A stretch of 64,000 nt of DNA. Source: an uncultured Candidatus Saccharibacteria bacterium. GTDB taxonomy: Bacteria > Patescibacteriota > Minisyncoccia > Phycocordibacterales > UBA918. The stretch covers positions 105,569-169,568 of the forward strand of contig CAZSOS010000002.1 of the NCBI GenBank assembly GCA_964608605.1, read 5' to 3'. Positions 1-8,089 of this stretch are shown in pieces. The notes below the pieces were generated by a model. It did not search any database and had not been told where the DNA came from. It saw only the letters and a program-made list of their open reading frames with translations. The first letter of the stretch is position 1. Every line of letters starts with the position of its first letter. The translations under genes and the position numbers were made by a program.

Positions 1-397
1 ACGCCATGGTGTCCAAGGTATCGAAGGAGTACCAGCGGCCGCGCGCCAACGCCTGGTTGTCGGCATGTCCGGCGATCCAGTTATAGCGGACCTCCTGGCC
101 CCGTTTCGGTCGGCGCACCGCGCTGCCGAGGACGACCTGCCGCTCGGCCAAGCCGACCTGGAGCCTTTCGCGCACCACCCGTCTGGCGGCGGCGGCCGGA
201 GACTCGGCCAGATTGACCTCGCCGCAAGGCGGGGCGAACAGCGACCGCCCGAGCGCGACGCCGCCGGTCCGCGACAAAGCCACGCGCTTCCCGGTGGGAT
301 CAATGAGGAGCACGACGACCATTTGCCGGCGCTCTTCATGGATCACCCGTTCGCCCATGATGGTTATGGAAAGATCTCCTACGTTTTCAAATGGCAT
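1..397 (-). CDS. Nudix-like hydrolase (partial; runs off the window start)
   Basis: Minus-strand ORF starting MPFENVGDLSITIMGERV..., preceded by AGGAGG 6 nt upstream. It contains a Nudix-box-like stretch GEVNLAESPAAAARRVVRERLQVGL. The listed + ORF 65..457 overlapping it is low-complexity and probably spurious. Confidence 0.4.
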   Translation of the reverse strand, partial: MPFENVGDLSITIMGERVIHEERRQMVVVLLIDPTGKRVALSRTGGVALGRSLFAPPCGEVNLAESPAAAARRVVRERLQVGLAERQVVLGSAVRRPKRGQEVRYNWIAGHADNQALARGRWYSFDTLDTMA

Positions 398-460
398 GCG
401 TTCCCTCCTGTGCCGATGATGAAAGACCGCTATTTTTATAGCACGCGAAGGCGGTGACGA

Positions 461-492
461 AAAGCGGCGGGGCCTTTGGCCCCGCCGCTTTT
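461..492. terminator. GC-rich hairpin terminator (AAGCGGCGGGGCC-TTTG-GGCCCCGCCGCTT), downstream of rplK
   Basis: 13-bp perfect stem with a T/A-rich flank on both strands. It is copy 1 of a dispersed, near-identical hairpin family. Confidence 0.6.
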
Positions 493-509
493 CTTTTCTA
501 TCTAATCGA

Positions 510-932
510 TCATTTGATATCGACTCCCATGGAGCGGGCGGTGCCGGCGATGGTCTTCATCGCGGCCTCCACCGACGCGGCGTTGAGGTCGGACATCTTC
601 TTCTCGGCGATCTCGCGCAACTGAGCCTCGGTCAAGGTACCCACCTTGGCGGAAGGAGCCTTGCCGGAACCCTTCTCCTTGCCCAGAGCCTTCAGGATGA
701 GCTGAGAGGCCGGGGAGGTCTTCAGGACGAAGGTGAACGAACGGTCATCGTAGACCGAGATCACTGCCGGGACGATCTCGCCCATGCGCTCGCGGGTCTG
801 CTCGTTGAACTGGTTCACGAACTCACCGATGTTGATGCCGGCCTGGCCGAGCACCGGACCGAGTGGAGGAGCCGGGGTGGCTTTGCCGCCCGGAGCCTGG
901 ACCTTTATCTGCTTTACTAGCTTTTTTGCCAT
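510..932 (-). CDS. rplK: 50S ribosomal protein L11
   Basis: Translation [35 protein letters not shown]... is the canonical L11 N-terminus across its full length. Confidence 0.95.
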   Translation of the reverse strand: MAKKLVKQIKVQAPGGKATPAPPLGPVLGQAGINIGEFVNQFNEQTRERMGEIVPAVISVYDDRSFTFVLKTSPASQLILKALGKEKGSGKAPSAKVGTLTEAQLREIAEKKMSDLNAASVEAAMKTIAGTARSMGVDIK

Positions 933-1148
933 TTTTGAGAAATTAAGTTGAAGCTTTTCTCGCGTAACAGTGCGAGGATATTACAAGAGAAAACTGGAAA
1001 AATCAATACACGTCCTACCGAAGCCGAAACTTTTAAAATCGGATGCAGTTGTACTGGTTGGAGGAGATTTCACGAGCGAGACGTATACGGATATACGGCG
1101 ACGAGTGAAATTTCCGAAACTGGTGCAAATGCGCCGATTTTAGGAGTT

Positions 1149-1694
1149 TTAAATCTTTTTGACCTGGAGAAAGTCGAGCTCAACGGGAGTCTCCCTACCG
1201 AACATGGAGACCATCACCTTCACCTTGCCGCGCTCCTCGTCGGTCTCGGCCACCTTGCCTTCCAATTCCTTGAAGGGGCCGTCGACGATCATGACCAGGT
1301 CGTCCACCGACAGGTCGACCTTGTGCTTCGGCGTGTCATCGGCGATGCGCTTCATGAGGAAGGACAGCTCCTCTTCGGTCAAAGGCACCGGCTGAGTACC
1401 GCTGCCGACGAAGCCGGTAACGCGCGGGGTGTTGCGCACCACGTACCAGGAATCGTCATCCACGATCATGTCGACGAGCACGTAGCCCGGATAGATGCGC
1501 TCCTCTTCGGTAACGCGCTTGCCGCCTTTGACGCGGATCTTCTTCTCGGTCGGCACGACCACTTCGAAGATCTTGTCGTTCATGTTCAAGGAGTCGATGC
1601 GCTGCTTCAAGTTCCTAGCCACGGCGTTCTCGTAGCCGGAGTAGGTATGAATGGCGTACCAGTTACGCTCCCCTGTTCCCTGTTGTTTCTTCAT
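1149..1694 (-). CDS. nusG: Transcription termination/antitermination factor NusG
   Basis: NGN domain (WYAIHTYSGYENAV) followed by a KOW domain (GDKVRVIDGPFKG-like DLVMIVDGPFKELEGKV). Gene order secE-nusG-rplK is conserved. Confidence 0.95.
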   Translation of the reverse strand: MKKQQGTGERNWYAIHTYSGYENAVARNLKQRIDSLNMNDKIFEVVVPTEKKIRVKGGKRVTEEERIYPGYVLVDMIVDDDSWYVVRNTPRVTGFVGSGTQPVPLTEEELSFLMKRIADDTPKHKVDLSVDDLVMIVDGPFKELEGKVAETDEERGKVKVMVSMFGRETPVELDFLQVKKI

Positions 1695-1713
1695 GATGAG
1701 TATCGTTAGTAAA

Positions 1714-1893
1714 TTAGATGAATCGCTCCAAGATCTGAGTGAAGATGTAGTCGAAGCCCGAGAGCATCAGCGCCGTGACGGCCGAAACGGCGACGACAAG
1801 GGCGGTGTAAGCGGCGGCCTGGGTCGAGGTCGGCCATTTGACGTGCTTCATCTCGGCGGCGGTGTCCTTGAAGTATTTGGTGAGTCTTTCCAT
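1714..1893 (-). CDS. secE: Preprotein translocase subunit SecE (59 aa, below the ORF-track cutoff)
   Basis: Manual translation gives MERLTKYFKDTAAEMKHVKWPTSTQAAAYTALVVAVSAVTALMLSGFDYIFTQILERFI*. It is a single-TM protein with a KxVxWP motif and lies immediately upstream of nusG. Confidence 0.8.
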   Translation of the reverse strand: MERLTKYFKDTAAEMKHVKWPTSTQAAAYTALVVAVSAVTALMLSGFDYIFTQILERFI

Positions 1894-2108
1894 ATTGCGA
1901 ATAATATAACATTAAAAACTTTACCCAGCCCCATTTCTTGTTACGGGCTCGCGCTGCAATGGCTTATCCAGCGTGCGCTTCGCCCGAAATGAAGCTGGGT
2001 TAGAGAAACATAGTCGTTGTCACTCGTTGTTTCTCTAAAAAAACCGCCCTCGCGGGCGATCCTTTATTCCTTCTAATATACCATATTTGGACTAAAAACG
2101 CAACCATG

Positions 2109-2151
2109 ACAACGAAAGCGGCGGGGCCTTCGGCCCCGCCGCTTTCGTTGT
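2109..2151. terminator. GC-rich hairpin terminator (copy 2 of the family), downstream of the SIMPL gene
   Basis: acaacgaaaGCGGCGGGGCCttcgGGCCCCGCCGCtttcgttgt forms a stem of about 20 bp. Confidence 0.6.
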
Positions 2152-2290
2152 CCGTAACTGACTTTTGAAACTTCCTAAATGAGATGAAGTCGCGTTCGCT
2201 GGAGGTCGGGCCACGCGGAAGACGTAGATAGAACTACGGCGACCAAGCGGCCCGACCGAAGCGAATGTGAATTCGCTCATTTTGGAAGAT

Positions 2291-3085
2291 TTACTTGATC
2301 TCGAAGGTCACGTTGACCACAGACTTCACCTGATTCTCACCCGTCGGTATCATCGGCGCGGCCTCCGCCACCTCCGCGCGGGCGGACATCATCATGTCGG
2401 CGCCGCCGTAACCGTAGGGCTGATAAGGCTCTTCCTCGTAGAAGCTCGTGATGCGCACCAACCGGACGCCCAGCTCATCGGCCAGCACCTTGGCCTTCTC
2501 CTGCGCGTCGGCGATGGCGGTGGAGCGCGCCTCGGCCTTCAGCACGGACTGATCGTCGGTGGTGAAAGAGAGACCGCTGATATTGGTGGCGCCGCGCTCG
2601 CCGACGGCGGTGATGAGATCGCCGGCCTTGGAGAGATCACGCACCTTGACGGTGATGCTCTGCGACACCTCGTAGCCGTCGATGACCGGGTTGCCGGGCG
2701 GACAATATGAATTGGCCGGACACACGCGGGTCTCGTAGCGGTATTTCGGATTGAGGTTGTAGTTGCTGGTCTTGATGTCGCGATCCTCGATGCCGGCGCC
2801 CTTCAAGTGCTCGATGATGGCGTTGATCTTGGTGGCCGAATCGTTCTGGGCGGCGGCGGCGTCAGCGCCTTCGGCCATGACCGAGAAGGAGAAAGTGCCG
2901 ATGTCGGGCACGGTCATCACCTCGCCCTCGCCCCGGACGCTGATAGTGGTCATGCCGTACTGTCCGTACTTGGCCTCGCGGAAGGTGAGCTTGGCGTAAG
3001 CGGCCAGGGACACGACGAGGCCGATCAGGATCATGACCAGCAGGGCCTGGACGTACCAGAGAGATAAGAATGGTTGGTTGTTCAT
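2291..3085 (-). CDS. SIMPL-domain (DUF541, Omp28-like) periplasmic/secreted protein
   Basis: N-terminal TM anchor followed by a typical SIMPL region (VSVRGEGEV...TFSFSV...ATKINAIIEHLK...DIKTSNYNLNP). Confidence 0.8.
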   Translation of the reverse strand: MNNQPFLSLWYVQALLVMILIGLVVSLAAYAKLTFREAKYGQYGMTTISVRGEGEVMTVPDIGTFSFSVMAEGADAAAAQNDSATKINAIIEHLKGAGIEDRDIKTSNYNLNPKYRYETRVCPANSYCPPGNPVIDGYEVSQSITVKVRDLSKAGDLITAVGERGATNISGLSFTTDDQSVLKAEARSTAIADAQEKAKVLADELGVRLVRITSFYEEEPYQPYGYGGADMMMSARAEVAEAAPMIPTGENQVKSVVNVTFEIK

Positions 3086-3097
3086 AACGATGATTAT

Positions 3098-4042
3098 TTA
3101 ATTAATGAGCCCATTATATACCGAGCGGAATGAGCCGAGCAAACGCTCGAAGAATCCGATCTCGCAGACCGCCCGGAAAGCGGCGATGTCGTCGGCCGCC
3201 AGGGTGGGCGGTTCCGGTTGGTCCTTCATGAGGTAGTACATGAGGGCCTCATTATCCTCGACGTGTCCGATAGACAGGGAGTGGCCGAGCTCGTGCGCCA
3301 AGACCAGGACCAGCTCCTCGCGGCCGACGAAGCTGTAGACGTTGATCTCGCGGGCGCTGTAGTCTCCCTGCGTGTACTCGTGGCCGTGGGCGAAGTTGTT
3401 GTTGAAATCCCGCACGCGCTCGTTGTATTCCCCCACCATCTCGTTGCCCTTCTGCCCGATGGCGTTGATCTGTTCGACCAGGCCGTTCAGTTCCGCGGAC
3501 AGCTCGTTGATCCGCTGTCTTTCGACCTCCAGTTCGTCGCGAGTCCGCCGCAACGACGCGTACGCCTCCGGAGGCGCGCCGCCTTCGGCGTTATATCTCT
3601 CCACGTCGGCGTTATACGCCGCTTGCTTGGTCTCGAAAGCCGCCACTCGCGAGCGATATTCGGCCGAGTGGGCGTCGTACTCGGCGATGAGCTGCTTATG
3701 CAGCTCGATGAGCACGTCGTTGGCATCCCCGCGCGTCGCCAGGTCGTCGCGCGCCCGCTCGGCCGCTTCGGCGGCCCGCTGGCGTTCGTCGTAGATGAAG
3801 TTGACCTGGAGCCGGGCGTCGTCCCGATACTCGAAGACATCATCGCGTTCGAGTGCCCGCTCCCAGATGGACTCTGCCTCGCGCAGGGCTGACAGCGCCT
3901 CGTCGCGGCTGAGGCCGAAACGTTCGTCGAAGGTCCCGATCGAATACTCGACAGGCAGACGGCACATCGGCAGGTACGGGTTGAACCAGTAGTTTCCGAG
4001 CACCACCAATATTCCCACCCCCAAGATAGCCAGAGCTCTCAT
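3098..4042 (-). CDS. Membrane-anchored metzincin-type zinc metalloprotease with a coiled-coil region
   Basis: HELGHSLSIGHVED matches HExxHxxGxxH, and the downstream ALMYY is a plausible Met-turn. There is an N-terminal TM segment and a long Ala/Glu/Arg-rich helical stretch. Confidence 0.7.
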   Translation of the reverse strand: MRALAILGVGILVVLGNYWFNPYLPMCRLPVEYSIGTFDERFGLSRDEALSALREAESIWERALERDDVFEYRDDARLQVNFIYDERQRAAEAAERARDDLATRGDANDVLIELHKQLIAEYDAHSAEYRSRVAAFETKQAAYNADVERYNAEGGAPPEAYASLRRTRDELEVERQRINELSAELNGLVEQINAIGQKGNEMVGEYNERVRDFNNNFAHGHEYTQGDYSAREINVYSFVGREELVLVLAHELGHSLSIGHVEDNEALMYYLMKDQPEPPTLAADDIAAFRAVCEIGFFERLLGSFRSVYNGLIN

Positions 4043-4104
4043 GCTTCCATTATATCAAAACTGATATACTGAGGACGGTTCCAGTTCTTGAGGAGAGATC
4101 CAGA

Positions 4105-4398
4105 ATGATATTCACCGCCACCGTGAACGAAGCCTCGGGCTTCATCAGCGCCGCCGACATCGGAGCGGCCGAACGCTACGTGCTGGAGTTATTGGCCGGC
4201 AGAGGCATGGAGGGCGCGACCGACATCCACCGCGACGAAGTCAGTTCCAGTTTCTCGGTCGCCAGCCATACGATAACCATCAGGCCGCTGCCAGCGCCTA
4301 GCGACATCCATCCGTTCTCCGCCATTCAGGGCGGCTACACCCGATCGCGGGCGCGAAGAACGCGATACCACGACGACTTCCTCGATGATATATTGTGA
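4105..4398 (+). CDS. Hypothetical protein
   Basis: 97-aa ORF with AGGAGAG 8 nt upstream of the ATG. No recognisable motif. Confidence 0.3.
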   Translation: MIFTATVNEASGFISAADIGAAERYVLELLAGRGMEGATDIHRDEVSSSFSVASHTITIRPLPAPSDIHPFSAIQGGYTRSRARRTRYHDDFLDDIL

Positions 4399-4465
4399 GA
4401 GATCCAGACCAAAGAAGAACGGCCCGCGCGAAGCGCGGGCCGTTCCTGGTTACATGGTCTAACGC

Positions 4466-5083
4466 TCAGCAGCTGAATTCCCCCTCCCCGCACGGATCGA
4501 TGGGCCCGCCGACCTGCGGTTCTCCCGGCTCCGGACCGACGGTGATGAAATCCTCCGCCCGATGACCGTCCTCGCCGTTCCACATCGTCCAGTAGTATTT
4601 CCACTCGTACCAGCCGATGTTGAGGTGCTTGGTCGATAGGCCGTGCCGCGCCAGCGTGTCGCCCACCTTGCGGCTGGCCATGCAGGCGGCGCTGTAGCAG
4701 TAAGTGATGATGTCCTTGCCGGGATTGTCCTTAGCGATTTTCCGGAACTCCCGCACGATCCGGTCCTCCGCACTCTCTCCCGAGGCGTCGCTCGGCGCGT
4801 AATTCGGCACGTTGATGGCACTGGTGATGTGTTCCGCCTCGTATTCGGCGCTACTCCGGAGATCGACCAGCACGAACTGGTCGTGCGTGCCGCGCTGCAA
4901 AGCCGTCTTGATGTCGTAGGGACTGACCGAGGTCAGGTTCTCCACGCGGTAATACTCGGCCATGAGGTCGGCTTCAGTAGGCCGCGCGGCGGCATACCAG
5001 CCGGCGGCGAAGATAGCGGCACCCAGCACGGCGCCGGCGACGAAGGCTCCCAGGATCGTTCGATCTTTCATCATGTCGGTCAA
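4466..5083 (-). CDS. Rhodanese-domain protein, membrane anchored
   Basis: N-terminal TM segment, then a rhodanese fold (VLVDLRSSAEYEAEHI...ITYCYSAACMASRKV with the catalytic Cys loop CxxxxxR). Confidence 0.75.
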   Translation of the reverse strand: MTDMMKDRTILGAFVAGAVLGAAIFAAGWYAAARPTEADLMAEYYRVENLTSVSPYDIKTALQRGTHDQFVLVDLRSSAEYEAEHITSAINVPNYAPSDASGESAEDRIVREFRKIAKDNPGKDIITYCYSAACMASRKVGDTLARHGLSTKHLNIGWYEWKYYWTMWNGEDGHRAEDFITVGPEPGEPQVGGPIDPCGEGEFSC

Positions 5084-5097
5084 GGTTATCCGTTAAT

Positions 5098-5484
5098 TCA
5101 CGCTATCTTAGCACCACCCCGGCCCGGAGCCAGGTCATAGACCGCTTCCGGCTTCACGACCAGCACGCCTTTCAAGACGCGGTCGGGATGTTTGCCGCTA
5201 AGCCACTTAGCCGCCCGGTCGAACTCCTCCCCTTCCCGGCGGTAGTCCGCCCAACCTTTCACCTGCGCGCCGACGAAGCCTTTCCAGAAGGCCACCGAGA
5301 CGCGGTCGTCGCTTCCGAGGTTCGCGACCGAGCGGACCATGAAGCAGTCGCAGATGACGATCAGTCCGTTCTCGAGAAGCACCATCGACAACGGCACCAG
5401 GTTCGGTCCATCGGCGCCGTTGGTGGCCAGCGCGCGCTGATCGGCTTCGATCAATATGTTCATGACTTCGGTGGGCATTTCCAT
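5098..5484 (-). CDS. Pyridoxamine 5'-phosphate oxidase-like FMN-binding split-barrel protein
   Basis: ADQRALATNGADGPNLVPLSMVLLENGLIVI...VSVAFW is PNPOx-family-like. I placed the start at MEMPTEV (5484) so that the CDS does not run through the operator palindrome. Confidence 0.65.
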   Translation of the reverse strand: MEMPTEVMNILIEADQRALATNGADGPNLVPLSMVLLENGLIVICDCFMVRSVANLGSDDRVSVAFWKGFVGAQVKGWADYRREGEEFDRAAKWLSGKHPDRVLKGVLVVKPEAVYDLAPGRGGAKIA

Positions 5485-5493
5485 AGGTATGAT

Positions 5494-5519
5494 ATTATAT
5501 AGATAATTATCTATATAAT
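5494..5519. promoter_or_regulatory. Perfect 26-bp palindrome ATTATATAGATAATTATCTATATAAT in the divergent promoter region
   Basis: Its reverse complement is identical. It is flanked by direct CCATAG repeats and sits between the divergently transcribed PNPOx-like gene and the arsR-family gene. I take it as a candidate ArsR/SmtB operator. Confidence 0.5.
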
Positions 5520-5538
5520 AATCCATAGATGATCGTCT

Positions 5539-5862
5539 ATGCAATCAAAAGCTGGTGAAAAGACCTACAAGCGGCCCGACTGGGTCAAAAGCGGCGAGGA
5601 GGAGCTGTGTCCCGAGTGCTTCAAGGCCGTCGGCGACAAGAACCGTTACAAGCTGATCTGCCTGCTCGGCCGCTCCCCCGACGGACTGAACGTCACGGAG
5701 ATGACCCGGGAGCTCGAACTGGCGCAGCCGACCGTCACTCATCACCTCAACATCCTCCGGGAAGTGAACGCCGTCGACCGCGAAGAACAGGGCCGCGAAC
5801 GGATCTACAAGCTCAACCGCTCCGCCCATTGTTTCGAGGATTGTCAGATACCTTATAACTAA
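5539..5862 (+). CDS. ArsR/SmtB-family metalloregulator (winged HTH)
   Basis: The HTH is LAQPTVTHHLNILREVNAV. There is a CPEC pair near the N-terminus and a ...CFEDC pair near the C-terminus. It sits directly upstream of nirK. Confidence 0.85.
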   Translation: MQSKAGEKTYKRPDWVKSGEEELCPECFKAVGDKNRYKLICLLGRSPDGLNVTEMTRELELAQPTVTHHLNILREVNAVDREEQGRERIYKLNRSAHCFEDCQIPYN

Positions 5863-5867
5863 CCAGC

Positions 5868-7094
5868 ATGCAAACCACTTTGTCGCTCTTTTATTATCTG
5901 CTCTCCCAGGGTCTTGGCTTTGTGATCCTGACCGTCGCCCTGATCCTTTTCGTCATCTGGAGCATCAACGATCTCTACTCCAGGAAGACCATCGTGCTCT
6001 TATCGCTCATTTTGCTCGGCTGGATATTCTTCGGCCTCTTGCCGCTTGGCAATCTGGACTTCCGCTCCTACCCCTTCTCTCTCACCACCTACGGCCCCGG
6101 CGACGGTCCCATCCTGCCTTTCGGCAACATGCTCCGCTTCTTCCGCCAGGCTAACGACCTGGAGCGGGTCGCCGACATCGCCCGCGATCCGAACGAGGTG
6201 CCGCCGCCGATCGACCGCCGGGAACCGGCGGTCGTCGAGCTCAAGCTGACCGCCAAGGAAGTGGTGGCCGAGATGGCGCCCGGCGTCTACTTCAACTATT
6301 GGACCTTCGGCGGACAGGTTCCCGGCCCGATGCTGCGCGCCCGGGTCGGAGACACGGTGCGACTCACCCTGACGAACGACCCGTCGAGCCTGCATCATCA
6401 CAACATCGATCTGCACGCCGTCACCGGTCCGGGCGGCGGCGCCTCCGTCACCAACGTCGCGCCCGGCGAATCGAAGACCCTGACCTTCAAGGCGCTGAAT
6501 CCCGGCCTCTACGTCTACCACTGTGCTTACCCCAATATGGCCAATCACATGGCCCACGGCATGTACGGACTCATCCTCATCGAGCCGGAGGAGGGCCTGC
6601 CGGAAGTCGACCGGGAATTCTACGTCATGCAGGGCGAGTTCTACAGCACCGGCGGCCTAGGGAAACGCGGCCTGCAGGTCTTCGACGCCAAGGCCATGCT
6701 CGACAGCCGGCCGACCTACGTGGTCTTCAACGGCAAGGTGGGCGGCACGGTCGGCAACATGGAGGCGAAGGTCGGCGAGACCGCGCGCGTGTACGTCGGC
6801 AACGGCGGCGTGAACCTAATCTCCTCCTTCCATCTGGTCGGCGAGATATTCGACCGCGTCCACGCCGAAGGCTCGATCGGAAATTCCCCGCTTCAAAACG
6901 TCCAGACCACGCTGGTCCCGGCCGGCGGGGCCGCCATGGTGGAATTCGGACTCGAGGTACCGGGCACGTACGTAATGGTCGATCACGCGCTCTCCCGTGC
7001 CGACCGCGGCGCCTGGGGCACGTTGAACGTCTCGGGGACAGCCAGCAGCACCGTCTACGACGGCGTCCCGGGCGGCGGAGCGCACGGACATTAA
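5868..7094 (+). CDS. nirK: Copper-containing nitrite reductase (NirK) with an N-terminal membrane-anchor extension
   Basis: HNIDLHA is the type-2/type-1 Cu His motif. YVYHCAYPNMANHMAHGMYG gives the Cys-His-Met type-1 Cu ligand spacing. The two-cupredoxin length is right. The first ~70 aa form two predicted TM helices. Confidence 0.85.
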   Translation: MQTTLSLFYYLLSQGLGFVILTVALILFVIWSINDLYSRKTIVLLSLILLGWIFFGLLPLGNLDFRSYPFSLTTYGPGDGPILPFGNMLRFFRQANDLERVADIARDPNEVPPPIDRREPAVVELKLTAKEVVAEMAPGVYFNYWTFGGQVPGPMLRARVGDTVRLTLTNDPSSLHHHNIDLHAVTGPGGGASVTNVAPGESKTLTFKALNPGLYVYHCAYPNMANHMAHGMYGLILIEPEEGLPEVDREFYVMQGEFYSTGGLGKRGLQVFDAKAMLDSRPTYVVFNGKVGGTVGNMEAKVGETARVYVGNGGVNLISSFHLVGEIFDRVHAEGSIGNSPLQNVQTTLVPAGGAAMVEFGLEVPGTYVMVDHALSRADRGAWGTLNVSGTASSTVYDGVPGGGAHGH

Positions 7095-7110
7095 AAGATC
7101 ATTCCTCCTC

Positions 7111-8085
7111 ATGAAAATATTCGTCACCAGGAACATACCGCCGATCGGTCCGGAAAAGCTCCGCGCCGCGGGCCATGAAGTGGTCATCGCCGAGCGGGAT
7201 GACGGCCTGACCCCAGCGGAGCTGATCGAGCGATTGCGCCGCGAGGATCCCGACGCCGTGCTCTGCCTCCTCACCGACCGGATAGACACGGAAGTGCTTG
7301 CGGCCGCGCCGCAGGCCAAGATATTCGCCAATTACGCCGTCGGCTACGACAACATCGACCTCGAAGCGGCGCGGGAGCGCGGCGTCATTATCACCAACAC
7401 GCCGGACATCCTGACCGAAGCCGTGGCCGAACATACCGTCGCGCTCATACTGTCGCTGGCGCGCCGCGTCGTCGAGGCCGACCGTTTCACCCGCGAGGGC
7501 CGCTACCAGGGCTGGGATCCCCTGCTGCTACTTGGCCTGGAGCTGAAAGGCAAGACCTTGGGCCTAGTCGGCGGCGGACGCATTGGCGGCCGCGTGGCCG
7601 AGATCCTGCACCGAGGCTTCGGCATGAACGTCTCTTACCACGACCAGCGGCAGAATACCGCCCTGGAGACCGGACTGGCCGCCACCTTCAGGCCGGAACT
7701 CGACGCGCTATTGGCCGAGGCCGACGTGATATCCATCCATCTGCCGCTGACGGATTCCACTCGCCATCTTTTCGATACTGAAACTTTCGCCCGGATGAAA
7801 CCCAGCGCGCTCCTTATCAACACCGCCCGCGGCGCCATCGTCGACGAAGCGGCCCTGGCCGCGGCGCTGAGGGAAAAGGTCATCGCCGGAGCCGCCATCG
7901 ACGTATTCGAGAATGAACCAGCGGTCCATCCGGAGCTGCTACCACTTTCGAACGTCATCCTGACGCCGCACATCGCCTCGGCCACCCGGGAAGCGCGCGA
8001 CGCCATGAGCCTGATGGCCGCCGACAATATCAGCGCGGTCTTGGCCGGCCGGCCGCCGCTCCATCCCGTCGGTGTGGTACAGTAG
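7111..8085 (+). CDS. D-isomer-specific 2-hydroxyacid dehydrogenase (glyoxylate/hydroxypyruvate reductase-like)
   Basis: NAD-binding GLVGGGRIGGRVAEIL, plus a catalytic R...E...H region (ARGAIVDE...TPHIASAT). Confidence 0.9.
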   Translation: MKIFVTRNIPPIGPEKLRAAGHEVVIAERDDGLTPAELIERLRREDPDAVLCLLTDRIDTEVLAAAPQAKIFANYAVGYDNIDLEAARERGVIITNTPDILTEAVAEHTVALILSLARRVVEADRFTREGRYQGWDPLLLLGLELKGKTLGLVGGGRIGGRVAEILHRGFGMNVSYHDQRQNTALETGLAATFRPELDALLAEADVISIHLPLTDSTRHLFDTETFARMKPSALLINTARGAIVDEAALAAALREKVIAGAAIDVFENEPAVHPELLPLSNVILTPHIASATREARDAMSLMAADNISAVLAGRPPLHPVGVVQ

Positions 8086-8089
8086 CCGG

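Noticed and set aside
65-457. 130-aa + strand ORF at the window start
   Set aside because: The translation is low-complexity (GGGGRR, PPERDAAGP). It fully overlaps a better minus-strand Nudix-like ORF that has an AGGAGG RBS. It is a typical GC-rich antisense artefact.
948-1709. 253-aa + strand ORF overlapping nusG
   Set aside because: It lies antisense to an unambiguous NusG reading frame. The sequence is His/Leu/Val-rich with no motif. It is spurious.
1923-2003. Possible tRNA-Trp in the secE leader
   Set aside because: It has a 7-bp closing stem, but no T-loop (TTCGAAT-like) or D-arm, and the length and arms do not fit a cloverleaf.
6299-7114. 271-aa Arg/Gly/Pro-rich ORF inside nirK (and similar R/P/G-rich ORFs at 47191-48177 and 3487-3843)
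   Set aside because: These are alternative frames of genuine GC-rich genes (nirK, pilB, the metalloprotease). Their composition is typical of out-of-frame translation.
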